The notes: a model not told the origin generated them from the letters alone. A stretch of 63,623 bases of DNA, filler included, from Octopus bimaculoides (GCF_001194135.2; 8 parts of 7 records of this genome joined end to end with filler, not necessarily neighbours in it), one strand, 5' to 3'; counted from the whole stretch's first letter, positions 11,275 to 23,818 are shown. Program-made: numbers and translations.

Positions 11275-14200
11275 NNNNNNNNNNNNNNNNNNNNNNNNNN
11301 NNNNNNNNNNNNNNNNNNNNNNNNNNNNNNNNNNNNNNNNNNNNNNNNNNNNNNNNNNNNNNNNNNNNNNNNNNNNNNNNNNNNNNNNNNNNNNNNNNNN
11401 NNNNNNNNNNNNNNNNNNNNNNNNNNNNNNNNNNNNNNNNNNNNNNNNNNNNNNNNNNNNNNNNNNNNNNNNNNNNNNNNNNNNNNNNNNNNNNNNNNNN
11501 NNNNNNNNNNNNNNNNNNNNNNNNNNNNNNNNNNNNNNNNNNNNNNNNNNNNNNNNNNNNNNNNNNNNNNNNNNNNNNNNNNNNNNNNNNNNNNNNNNNN
11601 NNNNNNNNNNNNNNNNNNNNNNNNNNNNNNNNNNNNNNNNNNNNNNNNNNNNNNNNNNNNNNNNNNNNNNNNNNNNNNNNNNNNNNATATATTCGTTGGT
11701 ACACTGAAACTTTAAATATTTTCTCTTTATTGAAACCTATATCGACGAGAGATAAATTTTAAAACAGCTTAGCTTATCACCAAAACTTATGTTGAATTAC
11801 AATTCAATTTCTGTTAATGTTAAAAAAAGTATTTAAGTAATTATTCCATTCTGTTCATTTTGGTCTTTCATCGTTTTCACTCCGTGTCTCTTTCGCTGTG
11901 TCTTTATCTTGTTTTGCATTCGACATTATTTATTTTTGTTATCAATGATTCAATTTTGTATTGATAATGTCATACAGAGTAATGAAAAAAAAAAAGCATA
12001 TCACCAATTAAACAAACTTAACTTTTGGGAGTGGGTAGTGGCAGCAGTAGCGTTAATTCGTATTTTATTTTCCTTTGTGATATCTAAAAGAAGTATTATC
12101 ATACATCATGAAAACTGCGTAATTGTAAAGAATTGCAGTATCAGGAAGCAAGTAACAAGAGCACAGCGATAGGCACAAGCCATAAGAATAACTAAAAAAT
12201 ATGGCTCAGAAATTGAAATGGTTACAAGAAACTGATATATCTTTACAACATATCTATCTGCATCTTGTCAAAATATCAAACTATACTTGAGAACTAACTA
12301 AATTAATTAGTAATTTAATCACAGATGATTTCTGATTAATGACAAAACTATTTAAGATGCAATTTAAAAATTGAAAATCTTCGCCGCTAGTCAAATAGTG
12401 AGACATTGCCAGTAGATATCAAGAAAACAACTGATTAGGTTACCTATTCATTCTCTATGATGTGTATTTCTTCGAAATAATGGTGGAATTATAGGAATTG
12501 CATAAGCCATCAGTAGTAAATCTATTCTGACGACGTTTGTGGAAAAATTACTTTTAAGATTTGGGGAAATTTGCTGTAATTTTTCAAACATTGTGTCAGA
12601 TTGTCAGGCTGTCGTGAAAAGGAAATGATATGTATGGAAAGAGAATCTGTGACCTTTTCGTTAAGTATACAAGGTCGTTGTTGAATTGGTAGATGTATCA
12701 TCCTATATCTTGAACCAGACGCGGTTTTCTTGGAATTAAAAAAAAAAGAAAAGAACGATAGACAGAGAAAAATGTATAGAAGTAACGATTTTGACATTTT
12801 TTATACTCTAGTGTCAAGAAACTTGATCAAGAATTAAAAGATAAGAACACCAATTTAATGTTTAAACTTGGTGTTAAAGCTTGCAATAGATAACCTTTTT
12901 GAATGATCAAATGTAACAGTCGCAAGCAAAATAGACAAGCGAAGTGCCATGTTTAAGACCTACTGCCTGTTCTAACTCAACTAGCCGTCAGTTTATCTGC
13001 TATTTTGATTTATAGTGCCTGCATTTACAACCAATAATGTCGTTTTTGGGACAGAGCTAATAACCTTAATATGCATATTGCTCTAAGGATAACAACAATT
13101 TTTATATAGAAACTAACCCTGCACGGCTATCAGAAGATATATATGACAACTTTTACTTTAACTGCTTTGAAATTGCAAGTCAACGAAAGAGCCCTACGTA
13201 GTCGTAAAACTAGATAGAAATATCACACATATATATATATATATATATATATANNNNNNNNNNNNNNNNNNNNNNNNNNNNNNNNNNNNNNNNNNNNNNN
13301 NNNNNNNNNNNNNNNNNNNNNNNNNNNNNNNNNNNNNNNNNNNNNNNNNNNNNNNNNNNNNNNNNNNNNNNNNNNNNNNNNNNNNNNNNNNNNNNNNNNN
13401 NNNNNNNNNNNNNNNNNNNNNNNNNNNNNNNNNNNNNNNNNNNNNNNNNNNNNNNNNNNNNNNNNNNNNNNNNNNNNNNNNNNNNNNNNNNNNNNNNNNN
13501 NNNNNNNNNNNNNNNNNNNNNNNNNNNNNNNNNNNNNNNNNNNNNNNNNNNNNNNNNNNNNNNNNNNNNNNNNNNNNNNNNNNNNNNNNNNNNNNNNNNN
13601 NNNNNNNNNNNNNNNNNNNNNNNNNNNNNNNNNNNNNNNNNNNNNNNNNNNNNNNNNNNNNNNNNNNNNNNNNNNNNNNNNNNNNNNNNNNNNNNNNNNN
13701 NNNNNNNNNNNNNNNNNNNNNNNNNNNNNNNNNNNNNNNNNNNNNNNNNNNNNNNNGGTCAATTCGTCGACGGCAGTTTGTCGTTGTTTAATTTGTCTCC
13801 AGTCAATTCGTCGAGATGATAGGAAAAATGGAAGAACGAATATCTGAATTAAAAAACGTTTATTTTAAGTTTTGCTGTATTGCATATTTATTTTTTTCTT
13901 AAAATTTAAGATTGTGTGCAATTGCTTTTAGAAAAATATGCTGTGAGTAATTTTTCACAAAGATTAATATCGAAACACAGTTTGATCATAACACTTGTTC
14001 TAGTTACCAACAAGTTTAATGTCCTTCCTCCCTAAGATCCACAGGCAGTATAAGAGAAGGAAACATCAACTTCTCAAGGCTCAGGTTTCTGTATATCTCC
14101 GGTGCCAACCAGCTTTCTAACACTAAGTTTTCCCCCTCAGAATGGCAGTAAATATTTGCATGTCAGCTGGTTTAAATGCTCAATCTTAAATCTCCAGTAT

Positions 14201-14440
14201 TGCTTCGGTTCGATAGTCAAATGCCTAAGCTTTAAACATTTATAAGTCATCATTCTTTCTGATTTTCTAATTCTCTCCCTTCCTTTCTTCATTACACTTC
14301 TCCTCTCACTCCTTCGTTATATCTTAGCAATATCTCTATTTCTCACTCCTCCTCTTACTCTTTTGTCTTCTGTTATTTTACCGATGTACCTCTTGTCACT
14401 GTTTTGTACCCCCTACCTCTCTCTCACTCTACCTCCCCCG

Positions 14441-14487
<47 letters not shown>

Positions 14488-14504
14488 ACAAACACACACA
14501 TGTA

Positions 14505-14680
14505 CTCTAGCTAACAAGGGTTCCTCTTCGTGGTCACTCGATCCTCTAAAGCCATAGCCAGACTTCCCTCAAATTAAACTTTCATTGTCTTTACAAAAGG
14601 AATGAATTACAACACAATGTAGTCTATCCAAAACGTCCTCCAAAGACAGGATTGTCGTGGCTGTAACGCCTTTTAATGTA
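14505..14680. repeat. dispersed repeat family D (core like CTAGAAATAGCAGCCAAATCTC), diverged
   Basis: Related diverged segments lie at about 2300-2400, 2900-2990 (inverted), 17870-18000 (inverted) and 39815-39966. The class is unresolved (SINE-like). Confidence 0.5.
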
Positions 14681-14783
14681 GACATACACAATCAAGGTAA
14701 ACTTAGATCTTAACACCAGCAACNNNNNNNNNNTCCACTTATGTACCTCTCATGCTGAACTCATTTTTTGCGTAAATTTGTTA

Positions 14784-14878
14784 ATACTGATATCTCGTTT
14801 TTTTTTTATACTGATATCTCGTTTTTTTTTTTTATACTGATATCTCGTTTTTTTTTTATATATATACTGATATCGCGT
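14784..14878. repeat. tandem repeat of ATACTGATATCTCG + T-run (~25 bp, 3.5 copies)
   Basis: Directly visible: ATACTGATATCTCG(T)10-12 three times, followed by ATACTGATATCGCG. Confidence 0.9.
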
Positions 14879-14953
14879 TCATTCATTTTTCTATGCTAAT
14901 CTTTTTCCATATCTCTTGTCATTGTATTATTTCTCTCTTTCTCTCAATGACAC

Positions 14954-14986
<33 letters not shown>

Positions 14987-16583
14987 TGTCCATCTTTCAG
15001 TATCTTTCGCTCTCCTTCTCTCTCCTCTTTCTCGCTCCCTCTTTAGTTTGTTCTCAGCTATAATTCTCACTTTCTTTCCTGTCTCCCAATCTTTAGATTT
15101 TCTTTTGTTTTTTTTTTAATGACCAGTGTTGAGGAGGAAAAGCAGTGCCCACGATCCTTTTCACAAACTTTGAGACTAGTAAATTGTATCCTCAAACTGG
15201 CGATTTGATCCGCGTAAATGCAACTGACTGGACTCTACTAAAGAAAATGGATTCAGCCTAACAACAAACTGAATTGAGTGAAAATTTAAAAAATGGCATC
15301 AATGGGGAGTTAGTCTGTTCTTATATCACAAAGTCGGTTCTAACGTGTTTAGTAGTACACTAGTAAGCTAACAAACTTTAATCAAAATTACACACATGAT
15401 GAGTAAAAAATGCATGGGATACTTTATGCTGTTACATTTCAGTCGCCTTTATATGGAATGCTGTTATTAGTCACATATCGCATTTCAGCTCCCGTTGTAT
15501 GGAATACTGTTGTCACTTCTGAATCTCCTTCAACGGACCATTTTTGTTATATTTGCGTCACTTTTGTATAAAATATTATCGTCACATTTGTTGTAAGGTA
15601 GGATAATATTCAAAACCGAGAAAACCGATGATGGTATGTATTAGCAAATATTAATTCATATGAAACTCTTTAGAAGAGTTCGATTAGCTGAGTTGCTGTT
15701 AGATGTGAAGAGGTGAAGAATCTAACATTTCGAGATTTTGCCCTCCATCTGAAAAAGAACATGGTGGAAGTTAGAGCAATTCTGTTGTGAGTTAGAGTAT
15801 TGACAAACAACATTTGTGTCTATGTCTACATAAGTTTGCCTGTCTTTCTTTCTAACCTATTTTAGATCATGATCATGTATCTCCCTTTGAATGTCTTCCC
15901 GCTTTTAGGCTCAATTTATCTCTATTTCTCTCACTTGTTGTCTCTGAGTATCTGTCTTTAGTTTTCGTCTTACTTTCGCTACATATCTCTGTCTGTCCCT
16001 CTGACTATACTTTTATGAAATATGTACGGAATACACTTAAAAGCAAGCACGTTGACACTTCTAATAAATTACTGGAAATAGAAACAGAAAAATTCGTTCT
16101 GCTACCATATACCACATCCACCGAAAGTAACCTGACTCCTCAACATACACAACATAAAGAGCCAATACAATATAATATAATAAAATATAATATAATATAA
16201 TATAATATATACGCACGTAGCACGTTTATATATATAATTGTGTGTGTGTATGTATATATAAATGTGTGTGTTTATATGTATATGAATATATATATACACG
16301 CACATACACACACATATATATACACACATATATATATGTAAATGCATCTATGTATGCACATATGCACTCACACACGTATATATAAATATATGTATATATA
16401 TGTTTGCTTACGCACATACGCACACATATTCATGAATGTGAGTATGAATGCATGCATGATTATATACACATATGCATACATACGCACTTAGTACTATGTG
16501 TATATGTATGTATGCATTTATGTATATATTTATACATTCCTTTCCATCTGAAGTTTATAAATAATGACCTCTGGTGGTTTGTA

Positions 16584-16637
<54 letters not shown>

Positions 16638-16788
16638 NNNNNNNNNNNNNNNNNNNNNNNNNNNNNNNNNNNNNNNNNNNNNNNNNNNNNNNNNNNNNNN
16701 NNNNNNNNNNNNNNNNNNNNNNNNNNNNNNNNNNNNNNNNNNNNNNNNNNNNNNNNNNNNNNNNNNNNNNNNNNNNNNNNNNNNNNNN

Positions 16789-16834
<46 letters not shown>

Positions 16835-17102
16835 CGTTTCAACAGATATAATGTATCACTTCTCTTTTTATTTCTCGGTTGACTGATTTTTCAGTGTGCC
16901 ATAGCTAAAGTAAAAACAAACACGCATATGAAAATAATAAATAAATATATAAATAAATAAATAAGGAAGTAAATGAAGAACCAGATATATTCAAAACTAT
17001 AAAAATATTCTTTCCAGTATAAGGTGAGTTTTATGGCCCACCACTGGGTTTTTGAAATCACATCAAACGAATAGTCCCCGTGGCGAATCTTAGAAAAGCT
17101 AG

Positions 17103-17367
17103 ACTTTTATAATCCATCCTTTTTCTAAATTATGGTCATTGCATAAATACGGTACCTTATTTCATAAGATTAAAAGACAGAGGTAAGCAATCTTTCATGA
17201 GTCTTAAGAAAAAACGAATTGGATCCAAGGAATTTAATGTTTTTCTTTTTGTCTTTCTTGATCCCCAGGTCTAATAAGACCATGGTTATAAGTGAGGAAA
17301 TCACAACATCCCCGATGAAAGGGGGTCGTCTGTCCGTTGCAGAGTTTAAAGCCAGCAAATTTTGAGG
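17103..17367 (+). CDS. candidate two-exon segment with an 86-nt intron (17183-17268)
   Basis: Donor CAGAG|GTAAGC and acceptor TTTTTCTTTTTGTCTTTCTTGATCCCCAG|G. The spliced frame reads TFIIHPFSKLWSLHKYGTLFHKIKRQRSNKTMVISEEITTSPMKGGRLSVAEFKASKF*. The first acceptor is weak and the 3' end runs into a SINE. Confidence 0.3.
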
Positions 17368-18325
17368 GAAGAGGACAAGACGATTACATCGACCCCCGTA
17401 CTTGTACTTTATTTTATCGAAACCGACGAGATGAAAGGTGAGAAAGTTGACCATGGCAAAATTTGAACTCGGAACTTAGGAGCGGAAGAAATTGCGCTCG
17501 ATTAGCTAACGGTTCAGCCAGCTCGCTGCTGTTGCTTATTTCTTCTTGCGTTTGCTTTTAACTCTGCCTTAGATATTACAACCGAAAGAAAAATCTACTT
17601 AAAACTAACGGAAAGGTCAATCAACTAATCTTGATAAATATCAAACGTTATTTTTAAAATCTAAATGATTCTTTAGTATAGTCTCATAGAATTTTCAGCA
17701 GAGGTGCTGGAAAATGAAGTTGTATGGAGAACTCAACTATATTTGTTTAGAATATAGATAGAGGAAGTTTAAAGTTTGTGGCGAATCACACTTCCATATA
17801 GGAAGGTAAAAAAACAAAAAGGAAGCTCAAACTGTTAGAAATAGAAACTAAATCTCCGCCTATCCAGGTCGCACCCGATAAAAGGATGCATTCCGTATTG
17901 TAGTATTACATATTGTGCATGAAAATAGGATAGGATGGTCTTGAATGGAATACCTTTAGTCATGTGTTGCTTCCACCAGGACAGATTTGAAGCTAAGCAA
18001 CAAAAAAAAAAAGCGATAAAGTCATAAAATCACTGAGGTTGCTCTAATCGACTGGCCTCTGGCAAAAATTTCGGGCCTTGTGCCTAGAGTAGAAAAGAAT
18101 ATGACAGAATAACTCAAGGCGGCGAGTTGGCAGAATCGTTAGCGCACCGGGAAGCATGCCTAGTGTCATTTATGTTGGTCTTTACGTCCTGATTTCAAAT
18201 TCCGCCGAGGTCGACTTTGCCTTTTATCCCTTCAGGATCGATAAAATAATTATCAGTTAATGACTGGAGTCGATGTAATCGAATTCAACCCTCCCACTGG
18301 CCTTGTGTCAAAATTTGAAACCAAT
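17345..18325. mobile_element. cluster of SINE family B copies (17345-17530 minus; 18115-18325 plus)
   Basis: Head AAGGCGGCGAGTTGGCAGAATCGTTAGC and core GCCGAGGTCGACTTTGCCTTTTATCCCTTCAGGATCGATAAAAT at 18118-18250. Confidence 0.8.
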
Positions 18326-18785
18326 ATGAGAGAACCCAAGGTAACAAACACTTTATACTTGCAAAATACGCTTAGAAAAACAAAGAAAAGCTTTTCTGGA
18401 AGATCAATGGTAAAATCTCAGAAGCATATAAAGGGTGTTGGGCTTCTAGCATCGGTGGAACATCGCAAAAAATGCTTCGTGGCATTTAGTTGCTATTCAT
18501 TGCATTCTGAGTTCAATTTACGTGTAGGGTGATTCTACCTTTTATCCCTTCAGTGTTGATGAAATAGGGTATCGCGCTGATACTGGAGACGATTTGAAGA
18601 GAGCGATCCAAATTGTGTAACCTTGTGACTAGTTTAGGAACAATTGCTATTTCAACTATTATCAGTATCAGCAATAGCATAAAAACTCAGTTTTTATTAC
18701 GCGGCGTAATTTCATATTAAATGAAATCTGTACTTCAAGTTATACTTCATTTGTGTGTGAGCGTACGTATATCTATCTATCTACG

Positions 18786-18835
<50 letters not shown>

Positions 18836-18971
18836 TATGTGTGTATGTATTATATATAGATGCATATATACGTGTGTGTGTGTGTATGAATGTGTATGGT
18901 AATATATATATATATATATATATATATNNNNNNNNNNNNNNNNNNNNNNNNNNNNNNNNNNNNNNNNNNNN

Positions 18972-18983
18972 TTAATTAATTAA
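18972..18983. other. artificial scaffolding linker TTAATTAATTAA inside a 100-nt N gap
   Basis: The identical 12-mer (stops in all six frames) sits between two ~44-N runs, with exactly 44 on each side here. It recurs at 24553, 33366, 42169, 44425, 58584 and 61963. Confidence 0.95.
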
Positions 18984-19194
18984 NNNNNNNNNNNNNNNNN
19001 NNNNNNNNNNNNNNNNNNNNNNNNNNNATTAAGCAAATCACACAGCCACTGAGTACATCTTAATTATTTAGAGTACATAGTGTGTAGCGCTTCTTGCTTA
19101 CTAAAAACTGGTTGTAATCAATGTTATGAACCAGTTCATCTTAAAAAATAGTGGGTGTCCTACGCAATGATTAAAAATAAATATTCGGACTTAC

Positions 19195-19410
19195 TCTTTT
19201 ACTCGTTTCAAGTATTTTGACTGCGGCCATGCTGGAACACCGCCTTTAGTCGAGCAAATCGACCCCAGGACTTATTCTTTCTAAGCCTAGTACTTATTTT
19301 ATCGATATATTTTGCCGAACCGCTAAGTTACGGGGACGTAAACACACCAACATCGGTTGTCAAGCGATGTTGAAGGGACAAACGCACACACATATATATA
19401 CATATACATA
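19195..19410 (-). mobile_element. SINE family A, 3' half, inverted
   Basis: TTTGACTGCGGCCATGCTGGAACACCGCCTTTAGTCGAGCAAATCGACCCCAGGACTTATTC is the reverse complement of the family A tail. Similar inverted halves lie at 21685-21810 and 44650-44830. Confidence 0.9.
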
Positions 19411-20030
19411 TATGCGACTTGTATGTTTTAAACATAAAACATCATGATTATACCCCCCCCCCCNNNNNNNNNNNNNNNCCCCCCCAATAATAAACGCTTT
19501 AAATTTTGTTCTTCATAAATTTTCCATTTGGCATTTGGTTTTAAACTTCGGAAATTAAATATACGGAAATATTTTTTTGTTTTACAAATTCGGTTATTTG
19601 ACCGAGTTTCATTGCGAATTTTTTTCTCAAAGAAGTTTCTTAGCAAAATGCCTGACGAAGAAATGTATTGAAAGAATTTTTTTTCGGACTATTTTGTAGA
19701 GTAAAATTATCAAGTCATAATTAATGTATAGTCTACGTTTCGAATTTAGGCGTAAGGCCAGCAGTTTTAAGAAGGGAAGAGAGTCGGTTACATCGACTTC
19801 AGCACTAGTCTCATACTTTACTTTATCGACCTCCAGAGGGATAAAATGTAATGTTGACCTCTGCAGATTTTGAACTCAGAAAGTAAAGAGCCAGAACAAA
19901 TACAATACCCATAATGTATATTAAAAATATGAAAGCATAGTACGGTCTTTGATTTCCTGTAATGAAAGTAATCTTATAATGTTTATCACAAATATATTTT
20001 TCAAAAATAAACTTTAAAAAATTAATTTTC

Positions 20031-20530
20031 GCGTAGGAGTGGCTGTGTTGGTAAGTAAGCTTGCTTACCAACCACATGGTATATATATATATATACGACG
20101 GGCTTCTTTCAGTTTCGGTCTACCAAATTCACTCACAAGGCTTTGGTCGCCCCGACTATAATAAAAGACACTTGCCCAAGGTGCCACGCAGTAGGACTGA
20201 ACCCGGAACCATGTGGTTGGTAAGCAAGCTTACTTACCAACACAGCCACTCCTACGCGAAAATTAATTTTTTAAAGTTTATTTTTGAAAAAAAAAAAAAA
20301 TATATATATATATATATATGAGTGTGTGTGTGTGTTTATGTGTCTGTTTGTCCTCATACCCTCGCTTGAAAACCGATGTTGGTGTGTTTGTCTCCGTAAC
20401 TTTGCGGTTCGGCAAAATTTACCGATAGAATAAGTACTAGGCTTACAAAGAAGGAGTCCTGGGGTCGATTTGTTCGACTAAAGGCGGTGCTCCAGCATGA
20501 CCGCAGTCAAATGATTGAAACGATCGTAAA
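20031..20530 (+). mobile_element. SINE family A, rearranged (5' half inverted and partly duplicated)
   Basis: Head 20031-20080 is plus, head plus core 20081-20257 is minus, and the 3' half 20320-20530 is plus. Confidence 0.9.
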
Positions 20531-21606
20531 CTCCGATATTCTTAAAAGAAAAAAAACAACAAAAAAATGTAGAAGTTACGGAATGAGAGGGAGGGGAAAA
20601 TCTCTTTTCAGAATAGTAATCTCCGATAATTAAGACATACAATTCCAAAGAAATTACAGATTTTGCCCCCCATCTCATCCCGATAATTTCCGACGCTATT
20701 GTATAAGATTACCTTTTATTATTTACAAACCACCTGCTTGTTCTATTTATTCTTATTTTAATTATTGTAATGTAACAGGATATAAAGAGGTCATGGATTG
20801 GCGGAATCAGTGGAGTGACTGACAAAAGGTCTTATATTTTTGTTGCATATTTTTGCGTTCAAAGTTCGAATCCTGCTGAGGTTGACCTTTATCCTTTCGG
20901 AGTAGATAAAATAAGAATACTTACTCGTTTAAGCCTGTCTCCCCCTTTTGCATAAGAAAAGCATGAGTTGTTGTATAAATGTATTTATAAATAATCTGAA
21001 TGAAGAACATGAACATTTTGTACTTGCTGTGTTTTCAAAATAATGCGTATGGATTAAACAATCCTTTCAAATTTGGGCACAAGACCAGAATTTTAGGGGA
21101 GAGTCAACTGGTCAATGAAACTTCGGCGGCATTTGATCTCAGAACGTCAAGACAGAAGAAATACCTAAATGTTTTTATTCAAATTTAAAATGCCCTTGTT
21201 TCAAATTATTAAGGGCAAAAAGTATATATATTTATACGAAAAGGTGATTTATTTTGTAATCCATTAACCATAGTTAGTTTTTGGCTAAAAGAAAAAATAT
21301 GCAAATTCCGAGTTAAAAAAAAAATCCTCAGAATTAAGTTCAAATCAAAAACTCGAAGTGCGTTTTAAAAAATAGCGTGATAAGAAAATAGATTTCATCG
21401 ACTTTGACTTGTACCCTTCTAAAATAAAATCAATATTTAATGAACAAACTTCAAATTTGCAAGAAAACCGTGCTTGGTTAATATTTTTTTTCTCGATAAT
21501 GTTAGCAATCGTTGCGTCTTTGATTTTCTTTTTTGTAGCTGGTTCTTCTTTTCTGCTTCAGTTGCTACCCGTGCTTTCATAAATTGTATTTAATTTGTTT
21601 CACTCA

Positions 21607-21675
21607 TTGATAGACTGATCCTTTTAAGACGGTATTCCATGTTAGGATACCGTCTTAAAGGGATCAGTCTATCAA
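21607..21675. other. near-perfect 69-nt inverted repeat (hairpin)
   Basis: TTGATAGACTGATCCTTTTAAGACGGTATTCC-ATGTTA-GGATACCGTCTTAAAGGGATCAGTCTATCAA: about 31-bp stem with one G-T pair and one bulge. Confidence 0.9.
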
Positions 21676-22095
21676 ACCGTCCCAGTGCTATTTTTTAAAA
21701 GCCTAGTACTTATTCTATCTGTTACATTTTCTGGACTGCTAAGTTACGGGGGACGTAAACAAACCAACACCATCTGCCAAGCAGTTGTGGGTGGAGGGCA
21801 AACACAAATTATAGGTCATACATACTTAAATGCATGCATTCATGCATACATGAATGTCCAGCTCAGTATGGTGTCTTTATTATAGCATTTCGTTAAAAAA
21901 AAAGGCTTTGTTTTAAATGATTCGTTTTTATAATTTTCAATTTACATTTTATAAATTCATTTACAACTCTTTCTGTGAGAAAATAATCAGTACTTATTGT
22001 TTTAATAGATACATAGTCATATAATAACACTCTACGTAAATAACCCTTAATAAGACTCAACTGTTACTGACTCTTGCAAATACTTCTCTATTCAC

Positions 22096-22225
22096 CTGTA
22101 GAAATAATTTGATGGTTGCGTGCCCAAAGGAATAGTATTTCAAGCTTTACGGTTTCTTGAAGTAATAAAGACATAGAGAATCGAGAATCCCCTAAACGAT
22201 TCAAATCTTTCAAATGACATTTTTT
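22096..22225 (-). CDS. candidate 130-nt exon
   Basis: Acceptor CTATATTTCAG| and donor CAG|GTGAAT, fully open in phase 0 to 1: KKCHLKDLNRLGDSRFSMSLLLQETVKLEILFLWARNHQIIST. Caveat: CATTTGAAAGAT.TG.A.CGTTTA also occurs near 51030-51055, so this may be repeat-derived. Confidence 0.28.
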
Positions 22226-22249
22226 CTGAAATATAGACGTATTTATTGG

Positions 22250-22445
22250 TTTCAGATTTTGGCACGAGGCCAGAAATTTCGGGGGACGGGTAAGTTGATT
22301 ACATTGACCTCAGTGCTCAACTGGTATTTATTTTATCAACCCCCGAAACTATGAAAGGCAAATTCGACCTCAGAACTTAACGACAGACGAAATGTTGCTA
22401 AACATTTTGCCCGGCGTGCTAACGAGTTTGCCAGTTCGCCGCCTT
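22250..22445 (-). mobile_element. SINE family B
   Basis: Ends ...CCCGGCGTGCTAACGAGTTTGCCAGTTCGCCGCCTT, the reverse complement of the family B head. Confidence 0.85.
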
Positions 22446-23776
22446 AAGGCATATTTATTACTCCTGTTTACCCATCATTAACAAGTTTGATGAAACGACT
22501 TTTTCAAATTCCCGGCTAGTATCAGTATTTACAGCTAGGATCTATTTAATTTCCTATTACAATAAACAATGTAAAATATATTAGCGTTTTTTATTTTATT
22601 TTGATTTAATAGTTCTCATCTTTTACCAAAGTTCTAAATCTTCGAAAAAGTATTAATAAACTTATTGTCAATTAAGCCCAGTATGTATTTCGCCATATTT
22701 GTTCAAGCTATGGCCAATATTTTTTATTACGTTTGTAGATGGAGCCGGTCATTTAGTTGAAATGACTTCCACTTTTAAATTAAGGGGTGTGTGTAACTCC
22801 AGGAAAAACCTATCTACGTCACTGCTTCCTGTTATTACTTCTCTTGAAAAAATTGAGTTTAATATCAGTCTCAAATTCAACGGGAAATTCACGCCATCGA
22901 AAATTTCCCCTTGAAACAATGACATCAACGAACTGCGTCTTCAAATCCTTTTGACCAAATTTGCGGAAATGAATGAAAAGAGAAAGTGAAATAAAAATAA
23001 AAAGGAACAAAAAAAAAATCAAGGAGAGGATTCCCCCCACCTCCGTAGTAGTTTGAAATTGCTCTTCTGTTGTTTCAAATACTTGCTTCTTTTAATTTTG
23101 GTACAATATTGGACTTTTTGAAATCGGCTCCTCTGGATAGATGATGATGCTGATGACTGCCATTTGGGTAAATTTTTACAAGTGCTCCCCCCACCATGCG
23201 GTTAGGTGGGGGAGAATGGCCGAGGAAATTGAGTCAGCGTATAAATGATTTTTTTTTATCTAATTGCAAATCAGTTTCGAAGTTTAAAAACATTTATCTT
23301 ATATATTTCAAAAAAATTATTACCAACACTACGTCATCGAATACTGCGCATTTTGGGGTTAGTTTGTACCTCATTACTGGCAATGACATTTGCTCATAAA
23401 GAGGTATTATATAATATTACAAGTAGATGAAATTCCCAGACATTCTGACTGTAGATAGGATTGCTGTGTGTGTGTGTGTGTAACTTTTACGTTTAAAATA
23501 TGAAGCCTTTCTGAGGAGTTTTGCTGTCAGTTCTTGTATTGTCTCAGGTCAGCTATTATCAAGCAGATCTATAATTAAAAGCGTTCCAGCCGCGACCATC
23601 CCAACATCTTTGTACGTTAGGGACAATTTATCGTGATTAATGTATTCTTCAGCATACCTGTGTCCCCCTCCTACAAACTTTGTTTCTTTATGACTTTCAG
23701 AAAACTTGGTATTTTTCTATGAAATTTTCTTTAAGTTCCTTTCAGATGGTGTAGATTATTATATTGGATTTTGTTA

Positions 23777-23818
<42 letters not shown>

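Noticed and set aside
14020-14170. Minus-strand SWLAPEIY as protein-kinase subdomain VIII
   Set aside because: The frame is bounded by stops and lacks DFG and DVWS-G context, so it is a chance match.
22096-22225. Resemblance of LKDLNRLGDSRF..QETVKLEILFL..N..IST to an LRR (CFAP410-like) segment
   Set aside because: This is a short eyeballed similarity needing gaps, and part of the DNA resembles a repeat motif near 51030. It is not enough to name a gene.
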